A stretch of 64,000 bases of DNA from Candidatus Levyibacteriota bacterium (GTDB lineage: Bacteria > Patescibacteriota > Microgenomatia > Levybacterales > UBA12049), in the NCBI GenBank assembly GCA_003152105.1, contig PLZJ01000003.1, positions 70,899 to 134,898 of the forward strand, given 5' to 3'. The notes under the pieces are model-generated. The model searched no databases. It saw only the letters and a list, made by a program, of their open reading frames with translations, and was not told the DNA's origin. The position numbers and the translations under genes were made by a program. This document shows, piece after piece, positions 1 through 9,072 of this stretch. Every line of letters starts with the position of its first letter. The stretch's first letter is position 1.

Positions 1-299
1 CCAAGAATTCCGCGTGTGCGAACTTGATTTGCAAGCCGTGGGGTTGCCTGTATCGAAAAATAGTCTCTGCCTACTTGTATTTCTCCACTGGGTAAATGCT
101 TTTTGTAAGGCAATAATTTTTTCCAGCTAAATGCTGGATCAGCATCACTACTTGCTACAGCTCGAAGCTCTGCTATTCTTGTATCTACAAACGCTTTTTT
201 TGCTTCCTTGCTTGCATCGGCAACAGAGGGGAAACTATTGGCAATTCGTACACCATCAGTTTCCGAAAAAATTGGTTCACCTTCATTTCTCATGGCCAT
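1..299 (-). CDS. Hypothetical protein, N-terminal part; gene runs off the window start
   Basis: Open frame on the minus strand from the ATG at 299 down to position 1 with no stop. No recognisable motif. Confidence 0.35.
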   Translation of the reverse strand, partial: MAMRNEGEPIFSETDGVRIANSFPSVADASKEAKKAFVDTRIAELRAVASSDADPAFSWKKLLPYKKHLPSGEIQVGRDYFSIQATPRLANQVRTRGIL

Positions 300-387
300 A
301 GTATATACCATTGTAAGTATTTTTTACACTCTATTTTACTATTTATCTCCTTGACTTATCCTATGTTAAAGCGCTATTCTACGAGCT

Positions 388-693
388 ATGGCAAACTGGA
401 GACAACCAAAACCTCGAAAAGTACAACACCGATATTCTTCCCGCAATAAAGAAAGGGGACAACAAATACCACCTTCCCAACATGAAATAGCAATAACTAC
501 CACTTCTTCGCATACTAATGCGCCCTCTCAATCAGAATCTTCACACAAGTCGTCACCACAAAGATTAACTGATACACAAAGAGCGTTATTTGAAACATAT
601 GGCCACACAGTAGTTTCATTTGATGACCCAAACAGATTTCCAACAGCTGGCGAATTTAAAACAGTCTTTGAACAAATAGAAGATGGTTCCTAA
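388..693 (+). CDS. Hypothetical small protein (101 aa), low-complexity N-terminus
   Basis: ORF track only. No recognisable domain. Confidence 0.3.
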   Translation: MANWRQPKPRKVQHRYSSRNKERGQQIPPSQHEIAITTTSSHTNAPSQSESSHKSSPQRLTDTQRALFETYGHTVVSFDDPNRFPTAGEFKTVFEQIEDGS

Positions 694-795
694 CACGCTA
701 TTGCTTCTGAATTAACTATTCTCCTTTATATTGACCTATTTTGCTTGGCATTTGTTCTACTTTTATGCTATTGATATTCGTATAAAATTGCATTA

Positions 796-1089
796 TTGTT
801 GTATATAAGTTCGTATAATATTTGGTTTATGCTTGAGCACATACACGAGAAAGTTGATGTTATTGCAATATATAAACGTATTGGGGTAAAAGTATATCCC
901 GCAAAAGTAAGATGGAATGGAAAAGACTACATAATACAAAAACTAGGATATACACATAGGGAAAAAATTGGAGGAACAGTACATCATATTTTTCATGTTA
1001 GTAGTGACTCCTATTATTTTAGACTTCGTTTTGACACATTTAATCTTTCGTGGTTACTTGAGGAGGTATCTGATGGACTTGCCACTTAA
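796..1089 (+). CDS. Hypothetical small protein immediately upstream of dinB, overlapping its start
   Basis: 97-aa ORF ending 17 nt inside the corrected dinB start. Small accessory genes are often paired with Y-family polymerases, but no family was recognised here. Confidence 0.35.
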   Translation: MLYISSYNIWFMLEHIHEKVDVIAIYKRIGVKVYPAKVRWNGKDYIIQKLGYTHREKIGGTVHHIFHVSSDSYYFRLRFDTFNLSWLLEEVSDGLAT

Positions 1090-2323
1090 TCATAATATCC
1101 CTCTTATCATGCATGTTGATCTCAATTCTTGTTTTGCAACATGCGAACAGCAAGCAAATCCTCTTTACAGAGGAAAACCACTTGTTATTGCCGCATATAA
1201 TTCTCCTGCAGGATGTGTGGTTGCACCAAGTATTGAAGCAAAACGATATGGCATTAAAACAGGCATGTCTGTTCGAGAAGCACGCCTCTTATATCCTTTG
1301 GTAAATGTGCATACGCCAACGCCAACATTGTACCGCGATATTTATACAAAGTTTAATAAAATATTTAAAGACTATTCTCCTGATGTCACACCAAAATCAA
1401 TAGATGAAGTTGTTGTTAATTTAACAACAGTTCAAAAATGTAACCCAGATCTGCTTACCGTAGGAAATGAAATTAAAAAACGCATACGAGAAGAAATAGG
1501 GGAATGGATGAGTTGCAATATAGGAATTGGCACAAATAGATTTCTTGCAAAACTTGGTGCTTCTCTTCATAAACCAGATGGACTTGATGTGATAACGCAT
1601 GAAAATCTAAAAGCAATCTATGACTCTGTTTCTTTAACAGATTTAAATGGCATAAATGTACGTTTTGAAGCACGACTTAACGCACATGGTATCTTTTCTC
1701 CTTTAGATTTCCTCAAAGCACCAGTCGACTTGCTAGAAAAAGAAGTATTTAGAAGTAAATGTGGAAGAGATTGGTACTATAGAATACGAGGATATGAAGT
1801 AGATGATGTTGAATGGAAAACAAAAAGCATAGGGCAGCAGTATGCACTACCAAAAGCAACAAATGATCCAAGAATGCTTTCCATGTTACTTATGAAACTA
1901 ACTGAGAAAATGGGAAGAAGACTTAGGGAAAAACAAGTCGCCGCTCGCGGCGTGCACGTATCCTGTGTCTATGCTGATTGGACACATTGGCACAGAGGAA
2001 GATTGCAAGACACAGAAATGTTTACCACACATGAACTATTTGAACGTGCACAACTTGTTTTTAATCAACAACCAGAAAAAAAGCGAATTTCAAAACTTGC
2101 TGTTTCTTGTTATGATTTTACTCCCTCTGCTAAATCACAACAAAGTCTTTTCGATATCAATAGCACAAAAAAACGTATGGTTGCTTTGGCAATGGATGAA
2201 ATTAATGATAGATATGGCGAATTTGTTATAACTCCCGCTCTTATGATGGGAATGGATGACTTAATTCTTGACCGCATTGCATTTGGAGGAAATGTTAAAG
2301 AATTAAAAGATATATATAACTAA
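1073..2323 (+). CDS. dinB: DNA polymerase IV (Y-family translesion polymerase, ImpB/MucB/SamB family)
   Basis: N-terminus MHVDLNSCFATCEQ, typical of DinB. GAGGAGG Shine-Dalgarno at 1059-1065 precedes the ATG at 1073. The track start at 968 adds an implausible hydrophobic extension. Confidence 0.9.
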   Translation: MDLPLNHNIPLIMHVDLNSCFATCEQQANPLYRGKPLVIAAYNSPAGCVVAPSIEAKRYGIKTGMSVREARLLYPLVNVHTPTPTLYRDIYTKFNKIFKDYSPDVTPKSIDEVVVNLTTVQKCNPDLLTVGNEIKKRIREEIGEWMSCNIGIGTNRFLAKLGASLHKPDGLDVITHENLKAIYDSVSLTDLNGINVRFEARLNAHGIFSPLDFLKAPVDLLEKEVFRSKCGRDWYYRIRGYEVDDVEWKTKSIGQQYALPKATNDPRMLSMLLMKLTEKMGRRLREKQVAARGVHVSCVYADWTHWHRGRLQDTEMFTTHELFERAQLVFNQQPEKKRISKLAVSCYDFTPSAKSQQSLFDINSTKKRMVALAMDEINDRYGEFVITPALMMGMDDLILDRIAFGGNVKELKDIYN

Positions 2324-2350
2324 AAAGGGGGGATAGAAAGACAAGACATA

Positions 2351-3238
2351 TTATGTTTTTCTATGAAGATAATTCATACCAATAACACTAACTAGGATTG
2401 CTATACCACCAATAAATTCTTTTACGCTTAGGACTTCTGCGTAAAATAAAAACCCGATAATTACACCAAAAACTGATTCTAACGCTAAGATATTACTCGC
2501 AAGTACTGTTTCAACCCGTTTAAAACCATAGTTAGTTAAGTAGAGAGTAAAAATATTAAAAAATCCAGCAAGAACAACAATAAGAAGTAAAAATGGACTC
2601 CATCCCTTAACTGGTAACCCTTGACCAGCAATTATTGAGGTTAAAAATAATATAACAACAGAAATAAAGAAAATTAAAAGTGTTATTTCCTTGTCGTTTA
2701 ATAAAGAAGAATGCCACCTTCGAGCTATATAACTTAACGAAAAACACACGGTTGAAATAAGCGCAAAAGTTTCACCTTTTCCCCAAAGAAAAATATCACT
2801 AAAACTCCTTACGCCAATTAATGCTGCTCCTAAAAAAGCTAGTATTATAAATAGAGTTTTTCCTAAAGAAAATCTTTCTTTCAGTAAAATAATTCCAAAA
2901 AAAGCTGTAAATGGCATGCTCCCTATAAACGTAGTGTTACCATATTTTGCAAAAATAAATGCCACTGTAAGAAATGTTACGGCCAATCCGTAGAGAAAAA
3001 GTGATCTTAAAAAAAGCAATATCCATTCTCTTGTTTGAATTCTTTTTATTTTTGAAAAGGAAATATCTTTATGAAATATAATGTATCCAAGCAGTAACGC
3101 AACACCAACTCGTAAATACACTTGCTGTAACACAGAAAAAACTACTAAATACCTGGCGAATATCCCCATTGAAGCAAAAAGAAGTGAGAGAATAATTAAG
3201 GAAAGAATCCCTTTTTGTTTATTTTGAATTTGAAGCAT
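2351..3238 (-). CDS. EamA/DMT-family transporter, 10-TM permease
   Basis: About 10 hydrophobic helices arranged as two repeated halves, typical of drug/metabolite transporters. Confidence 0.75.
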   Translation of the reverse strand: MLQIQNKQKGILSLIILSLLFASMGIFARYLVVFSVLQQVYLRVGVALLLGYIIFHKDISFSKIKRIQTREWILLFLRSLFLYGLAVTFLTVAFIFAKYGNTTFIGSMPFTAFFGIILLKERFSLGKTLFIILAFLGAALIGVRSFSDIFLWGKGETFALISTVCFSLSYIARRWHSSLLNDKEITLLIFFISVVILFLTSIIAGQGLPVKGWSPFLLLIVVLAGFFNIFTLYLTNYGFKRVETVLASNILALESVFGVIIGFLFYAEVLSVKEFIGGIAILVSVIGMNYLHRKT

Positions 3239-3299
3239 AGTGTAATTGTATCAAAAGTAAATTACATATGTTTCTTCAACGATTTGTCATAAATCGTAC

Positions 3300-3617
3300 T
3301 TAGCTTGCTTTTTTTTCTTTCCATCTAGTCCTTTTTTGAAGCATTAACAAATCATTATGATGTTCCCAAAGAGTAACAGAACCACCATTTTGTAGTCGTT
3401 CTATTCTCTCTATAAATAAAGGGGTAATTTCATCTTTTTTCTTATGACATGCTTCAGATAGTTTTTGTATGTTCCTTTCATCATTCATTTGAGGGATAGA
3501 CCAGTCAAGTAATCTTGCTATTGATCGAGGAGTAAAATGATCTTTTGTTGATCCTATTCTTTCGCATTCTTGTTCATGTATAGATGCTTCACATTCAGGT
3601 AACGTCTGCTCAACCAT
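3300..3617 (-). CDS. Hypothetical protein (105 aa)
   Basis: ORF track only. Charged protein with Cys and His near the N-terminus. Confidence 0.4.
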   Translation of the reverse strand: MVEQTLPECEASIHEQECERIGSTKDHFTPRSIARLLDWSIPQMNDERNIQKLSEACHKKKDEITPLFIERIERLQNGGSVTLWEHHNDLLMLQKRTRWKEKKAS

Positions 3618-3707
3618 TTAGCAAAATTATACTACACTTTAGAGCCATTTAACAGGACAAAATATACAAGGTGTCAAAAGAAATAAATTAATAAAACGGG
3701 GTTTAGA

Positions 3708-4130
3708 TTATCCTCTTGGAGATGGCTGAAGCATGCCAGCATGATTACCTTCTGAATCTTCAAACGAAACATAGCGACCAACTCCTGGAATATCATCAAT
3801 TTTGCCGGGTCCACCTGAACCACCTAACACTTTTCCACCTGCTTCTTCTACTTTTTTCATTGCTTCTTCTAAGTTTTCAACTGAAATAACCAAGTGTGGA
3901 ATATTAAACCCTTCTTTGTCCTGCCAATCAAAAAAGCCTCCATTTATAGCACCAGGAGTCTTTGGCATCATATTGTCACCTGTTTCTGTTGTTTGTGCTA
4001 ATAGATAGTTACCCATATCAGCTCCCGTTTGATTCATGTTCCATCCAAAAACAGAGGAATAAAATGCAGCAACTCTTTTCTTGTCTTTTGCTGGCATTTC
4101 AAAGTGTACTACTGGATCCATTTTTGCCAT
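3708..4130 (-). CDS. VOC / glyoxalase-bleomycin resistance family protein
   Basis: N-terminal VHFEMPAKDKKRVAAFYSSVFGW matches the glyoxalase-fold beta-alpha-beta-beta-beta signature. Confidence 0.7.
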   Translation of the reverse strand: MAKMDPVVHFEMPAKDKKRVAAFYSSVFGWNMNQTGADMGNYLLAQTTETGDNMMPKTPGAINGGFFDWQDKEGFNIPHLVISVENLEEAMKKVEEAGGKVLGGSGGPGKIDDIPGVGRYVSFEDSEGNHAGMLQPSPRG

Positions 4131-4211
4131 ATATATATTTTAGCAAAGAAAAGGGAAAAATAAAATATATCAAAATAGTGCAATTTATAATTTTGAGTAA
4201 GCAGTAATAGC

Positions 4212-4889
4212 TTAGAATAATAAGGGAACTAATCGATACCTGACTTTGTTTTCATATTCTCTGTATCCTTTGAGATTTTTCTCAAGATATTTTTCCTCAT
4301 CTAGTAGTCTCCAAATAATAACAAGGGTAATAAATAAAAAGGCAGTTAGTCCCCATAAAGAACCAAGTGCAAGGGGAACACCAAATAGCATTAGCATTGC
4401 ACCTGCATACATTGGATGACGAACTATGGCATATGGTCCCTCTGAAACTACTTGTTGTTTTTTATCAACTTCAATAATGGCAGATGTAAATGTATTTGCT
4501 TTAAACACAAAAAATACGATTAAGAGTCCCAAAACTACGAGTACATCACCAATAAGAGAGATGGGCGTTGATACATGTGACCAAGAAAAACGATGATCTA
4601 ATGAAGGGATAATAATAACAAGCGCAAAAGCGATTTGTGCAATAAATTGTATTAGTTTTTGCTTCTTATCTTTTTCGGCTATTGCTCCTGCCATAACTCT
4701 TCTTTGCAATAATGCTGGGTCATAAAAAGCAAGATACATGGTAATTGCAAATACGCAAATGGAAAGCGTTATGAGAAAAACCCATGCTTGCCAATACGCA
4801 AATGTCCAAACAGGAATAAATAACAGCAAGGAAAGGGCAATAATAAAAAATAATAAACCACCAAATGCTTTTTTATTAAGCTCATTCAT
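4212..4889 (-). CDS. Isoprenylcysteine carboxyl methyltransferase (ICMT) / phospholipid methyltransferase family membrane protein
   Basis: Multi-TM protein with C-terminal EGPYAIVRHPMYAG, the ICMT-family RHPxY motif. Confidence 0.7.
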   Translation of the reverse strand: MNELNKKAFGGLLFFIIALSLLLFIPVWTFAYWQAWVFLITLSICVFAITMYLAFYDPALLQRRVMAGAIAEKDKKQKLIQFIAQIAFALVIIIPSLDHRFSWSHVSTPISLIGDVLVVLGLLIVFFVFKANTFTSAIIEVDKKQQVVSEGPYAIVRHPMYAGAMLMLFGVPLALGSLWGLTAFLFITLVIIWRLLDEEKYLEKNLKGYREYENKVRYRLVPLLF

Positions 4890-4999
4890 TATGTAATGAT
4901 ACCACTATTAACACTGTGAAGTTGTTCAATATATTTTGGCCTCACTATGCATGAGTTTATTTATTGACATAGGAGTAGAAAGAACTCTATTATTGTTAT

Positions 5000-5485
5000 G
5001 TGCATATCAAAGACAGAATACCTTTATTCATAGGCCTTGGACTACCAATACTTTTGCTGCTGTATATTTTTGTGTCAGTATATCTTCCTTCAATACTTGT
5101 TAAACCACAATATAATTTTTTATATGCGAGTGGCTGTTCTACAGACTATAGCATTAGCGTAATTAATAATAGAATTGTTATTACATCAAACTACAATGGT
5201 CAATATAGCGTGCCTTATTCGTCTTGTATCTATTTATATGACACAAGAAATGACAGCAATACCCCTCTTTCACAACAACAAGCTTTGTCATATAGCAATA
5301 TTAACCCTACGAATAAATCACCTGATGGTTTTACGGTAGTGAGTAATTCATCGGGAGACACAAGTTATTTTCCATTATTCTGGTATGGTGAATATAATTC
5401 AGGCTACTACTTATTAGGTCATGGATATAATAAAGAAATAACAAATGATACGTATGACTTTAAATTTTTAGGATGGGTACAGTAA
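5000..5485 (+). CDS. Hypothetical secreted or membrane-anchored protein (N-terminal TM, Tyr/Ser/Asn-rich)
   Basis: N-terminal hydrophobic helix followed by a Y/N/S-rich region. Overlaps the next gene by 13 nt. Confidence 0.45.
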   Translation: MHIKDRIPLFIGLGLPILLLLYIFVSVYLPSILVKPQYNFLYASGCSTDYSISVINNRIVITSNYNGQYSVPYSSCIYLYDTRNDSNTPLSQQQALSYSNINPTNKSPDGFTVVSNSSGDTSYFPLFWYGEYNSGYYLLGHGYNKEITNDTYDFKFLGWVQ

Positions 5486-6480
5486 TGACTGAAAATGATT
5501 CATTAAAAGCATCACAACTGCTTCAAGATCTAAAGCTATATGTTGATAATGGCACTCTTTCAAAAGAGCAGATTCTTGCTGTGCTTACTACTTCAAAACC
5601 GACAGAATTCGTACAAAAAAAGGGAAAAATTAATCTACAAAAAATTTTGTATTACATAGGTGGATTCATACTACTACTGGGGATAATTTTCTACATTGGC
5701 CAATATTGGAATACAATGAGTCAAATAACACGAACAATTATTACTCTTGGTGCTTCTGTATCCACTTATTTTTTAGGCTATTATTTTTATACAAGAACGA
5801 AAAACAATGATTTTGGACACTCTTTTTTAATCATTTCTTCAGTGCTTTTTCCTCTGGGGATAGGTACTGCTTTAGATATGCTTGGCGTTTCTCCAACAAC
5901 AAGCAGCGGCATATCTGTTAATGCAGCACTACTTTTTATTATTTATAGTCTCTCTTTTTATTCGATAAAAGCAAAAATATTCTTACTTTTTACCTTTATT
6001 GCAGGCACAACTTTATTCTTCAGTTTTACAAATTTTATGTTCCTCGACAATGGAAATGAACGCTTTTATGAATATAGGTTGTTGATTATGGGATTAACAT
6101 ACCTATCATTTGGCTATTATTTTACCAATACAAATAAAAAATTTATGACTAATTTGTTGTATTTTTTTGGATTATTTATCCTACTAAGTTCTGCATTATC
6201 GTTACAAGGATTTACTCCAGCAAATAGTATAGTTTGGGAAATCCTCTATCCATTTTTATTGGTTGGTATTTTTTACAGCAGCGTAAAATTACAAAATAAT
6301 ATATTTTTGATTCTGGGCACATTATTTACCTTTGGAGAGATTTTAAAACTTACGTATGAATATTTTAGTAATAGTCTAGGGTGGCCTATCTCTCTTATGC
6401 TTGCTGGACTGTTAATGATGGGGATTGGATATGTAAGTTTTGAATTGAACAGAAAATATCTCAAAATAGCAAAAGCATAA
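5473..6480 (+). CDS. Polytopic membrane protein of unknown function
   Basis: 335 aa. Soluble N-terminal about 60 aa followed by about 8 TM helices. Confidence 0.55.
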   Translation: MGTVMTENDSLKASQLLQDLKLYVDNGTLSKEQILAVLTTSKPTEFVQKKGKINLQKILYYIGGFILLLGIIFYIGQYWNTMSQITRTIITLGASVSTYFLGYYFYTRTKNNDFGHSFLIISSVLFPLGIGTALDMLGVSPTTSSGISVNAALLFIIYSLSFYSIKAKIFLLFTFIAGTTLFFSFTNFMFLDNGNERFYEYRLLIMGLTYLSFGYYFTNTNKKFMTNLLYFFGLFILLSSALSLQGFTPANSIVWEILYPFLLVGIFYSSVKLQNNIFLILGTLFTFGEILKLTYEYFSNSLGWPISLMLAGLLMMGIGYVSFELNRKYLKIAKA

Positions 6481-6532
6481 TGCAATGTATAGATTAAGTT
6501 GTCTGGAGGGAATAGTTGTACTTTTTGCTTTA

Positions 6533-6784
6533 TTAAACTCTTAGTAAAACTACACCAATAAGTACAATAAAAAAGAGTACTATGTATACAATCTTTTCTT
6601 GAGACTTCCAATTGGCAACTTTCTTATTTATTGCTCCTTTTGCCATTGAACCTCCCCACATTTTAGTATTTCTTTTTGCTTGCCACTTTAAAAATCTATC
6701 ACTTCTATGCGTAATTGCCGAAATAGCTGCCCATGTGATGCCAAATACAATTAAATATAAACCGAATAGATGCTGTAGTGTCAT
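6533..6784 (-). CDS. Small membrane protein (83 aa)
   Basis: Two hydrophobic helices. ORF track only. Confidence 0.4.
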   Translation of the reverse strand: MTLQHLFGLYLIVFGITWAAISAITHRSDRFLKWQAKRNTKMWGGSMAKGAINKKVANWKSQEKIVYIVLFFIVLIGVVLLRV

Positions 6785-7049
6785 ATGCTTACCTATATAG
6801 TTAACAATACTTATGATATCTCGTCAATACAAAGAATAAAGCACGCTATAATTTGTTATTCTTCTCATCCTGTAGTATAATTCCGGAAGCTTTCGTTCAG
6901 GGTTAAATAAAAGCTATTTAGATTTTGAGCAAAAGCTAATTTGCACTTTAATAACTTCATTTGGAATTACCTTTTGCAGTGCATAGTGTGTGTCATTTCT
7001 GATACATAGTATGCGCTTGCAAAAGTGACATTTTAGAGAAAGGGAACTC

Positions 7050-7376
7050 ATGGATATTATACACATTGTTGTAACACTTCTTGCTCTAATACCCATTGGG
7101 GTACTAGGCATTTTAGCGCTTATTGTCACATGCTTTCTGCTGCAATGGTTTATTTCGTATGTTTATACACATTCGAACCATTTAAGCAGTAGAGAAGACC
7201 CATATTCCTATGACACAGAGGGATATGCAATGTTTAGTCTTCTCGTTAGCATAATCGTTTATGCTTTCGTGATATATGGGGCACAATGGTCATCATTTTG
7301 GTGGATGTGGCTAATACTTTGCCCATACATGCTGATTAATCTTTTACTTACTTTTGTTATCGTGTCAAATAACTAA
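7050..7376 (+). CDS. Small membrane protein (108 aa)
   Basis: Three or four hydrophobic helices. Confidence 0.45.
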   Translation: MDIIHIVVTLLALIPIGVLGILALIVTCFLLQWFISYVYTHSNHLSSREDPYSYDTEGYAMFSLLVSIIVYAFVIYGAQWSSFWWMWLILCPYMLINLLLTFVIVSNN

Positions 7377-7390
7377 AAAGGAGGAGTCTC

Positions 7391-7540
7391 ATGCGATTTC
7401 TACACGTTGTCATAGGTCTACTTGTCGCCATTCTCTGTGGAATTTTGATCATTCGGGTCCTCTCACCCTACCAAGCAATATCAATTGCAAGTATATGCGT
7501 CATTGGAGGAGTACTTTTGTACACAAAAATTCGAAAGTAA
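7391..7540 (+). CDS. Small membrane protein (49 aa), not in the ORF track
   Basis: AAGGAGG Shine-Dalgarno at 7374-7383 and ATG at 7391. Translation MRFLHVVIGLLVAILCGILIIRVLSPYQAISIASICVIGGVLLYTKIRK contains two TM helices. Confidence 0.5.
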   Translation: MRFLHVVIGLLVAILCGILIIRVLSPYQAISIASICVIGGVLLYTKIRK

Positions 7541-7582
7541 CCATTGCACTGTCGATTACTAAGCAGAAAAAGAAAGGGTGAC

Positions 7583-7750
7583 ATGAAAACGCATTATCCG
7601 CTTATCGCAGGTGGCTCAATCATCATCGGCTACGGACTCGTGCACGAATTTCCCGCTCAAGCTGATTTTATCCGCATTGTTATCTATCTCACTTTTGGGA
7701 TTGTAGTAGTGTGGTTTATTTGGGCACTTGTCCATATCCGTAGAGGATAA
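7583..7750 (+). CDS. Small membrane protein (55 aa)
   Basis: ATG at 7583 preceded by GAAAGGGTGAC. The track ORF starts further upstream with a basic, unlikely extension. Confidence 0.4.
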   Translation: MKTHYPLIAGGSIIIGYGLVHEFPAQADFIRIVIYLTFGIVVVWFIWALVHIRRG

Positions 7751-7903
7751 ATTCCAAAAGGAGTAAGGTGCCAGGTTTGGTAGGGAAAGAGTATATCTTT
7801 TAAAGGAGGGGCGTAATGCGATAAGCATACACAACTATTTAAAAACTCAATTCCTACCAGACCAAATCCTACAACGAGACAAAAGTACGGTTTGTGCTGC
7901 TAC

Positions 7904-8338
7904 TTACCAACCAAGTTCTGTATAAAAAATGTTTTTCTGGTAGTTTTCTATTGCTTGCTTTATATAGCCAATGGTATTTTCAGGTAAATTGTTTAGTGGG
8001 AAAAATCGCAAATCACTACATTTATCAGGTTCTGTATTTGCGGGCTGACCAACCCAATGCTTTGCATAAAAAAAGAAATCCATGCGAATATCTTCTTCTT
8101 TTCTATGCATAATCTGAACTATTTGTATATCTTGCTTTGTAAGTACAATGCCGATTTCTTCTTTTGTTTCTCTTATTATTCCTGTGGTTAATGATTCATT
8201 ATCATCTAAATGACCAGCAGGCAGACCATAGTTTCCATCTTCATATCCGGTGTTTTGTCTTTTAAGAAGCAGTATGTTGTCATCTTTTATTAAGAATAAG
8301 TAGATTGAGGCGATCATTTTAAATCGTTCCATAATCAC
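7904..8338 (-). CDS. NUDIX hydrolase
   Basis: NUDIX box GHLDDNESLTTGIIRETKEEIGI, matching GX5EX7REUXEEXGU. Confidence 0.85.
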   Translation of the reverse strand: MIMERFKMIASIYLFLIKDDNILLLKRQNTGYEDGNYGLPAGHLDDNESLTTGIIRETKEEIGIVLTKQDIQIVQIMHRKEEDIRMDFFFYAKHWVGQPANTEPDKCSDLRFFPLNNLPENTIGYIKQAIENYQKNIFYTELGW

Positions 8339-8354
8339 ATTATATAAGTACTAA

Positions 8355-8630
8355 TTATTGGTACTTTGGGCGTGAAGCTAGTTGTTTTTTTGTTGTTTTT
8401 ACTGCATTGAATGGAACACCATATTTATCAAATTGAACAAGCGAATTATCACAATGATTACATAAATACATTTCTGTTTTGGATTTATTTGAAATAAATT
8501 CACCACTTATGAGAATAGTGCATTTTGCACAGCGAACAGTATGAGGAGATTTATCAAGTAAGATACTGCTATCTCGATCCATTTGCAAAAGGACTTTCTT
8601 TTTCTTAAATGAAAACATAGTTGTGCTCAA
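8355..8630 (-). CDS. Zinc-ribbon domain protein (two CxxC pairs)
   Basis: CAKC...CNHC spaced like a zinc ribbon. Confidence 0.45.
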   Translation of the reverse strand: MSTTMFSFKKKKVLLQMDRDSSILLDKSPHTVRCAKCTILISGEFISNKSKTEMYLCNHCDNSLVQFDKYGVPFNAVKTTKKQLASRPKYQ

Positions 8631-8699
8631 AACAGTATAGTCGTTTTAGAGGTGATAGTAAAGCTTTTGAGCTCAAAATGGCACTGACTTTTACGTCAT

Positions 8700-9062
8700 T
8701 TATTGGGAAATATAGCTTTTAACAAGAGTGAGTAAATCTTCACTTTCAAATGGTTTTGCAATAAAGTCATCTGCTCCACATAGTTTTGCATCTTCAGAAG
8801 CTGAAGGATGTGCAGACATCATAATAATGGCAATATCTTTTGTTTTTACATTACTTTTTAAAGCCCTTGCTATTTGCCTTCCATCACTTCCTGAAAGGAG
8901 CATATCAAGTAAAATGACATCTGGTTTAAAATCATTAACTTTATGAATTGTTTCTTCTCCTTTTGGTGTTGTTTCAACTTCATAATTATCTATTTCTAAA
9001 AGGATAGAAAGTGGCTCCAAAATATCATAATCATCATCAATGACAAGTACCTTTTTTTTCAT
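8700..9062 (-). CDS. Response regulator, receiver domain only (CheY-like)
   Basis: MKKKVLVIDDD...DVILLDMLLSGSDG... shows the receiver acidic pocket and phospho-Asp context with no output domain. Start moved to the ATG at 9062. Confidence 0.85.
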   Translation of the reverse strand: MKKKVLVIDDDYDILEPLSILLEIDNYEVETTPKGEETIHKVNDFKPDVILLDMLLSGSDGRQIARALKSNVKTKDIAIIMMSAHPSASEDAKLCGADDFIAKPFESEDLLTLVKSYISQ

Positions 9063-9072
9063 CTTATTTATC

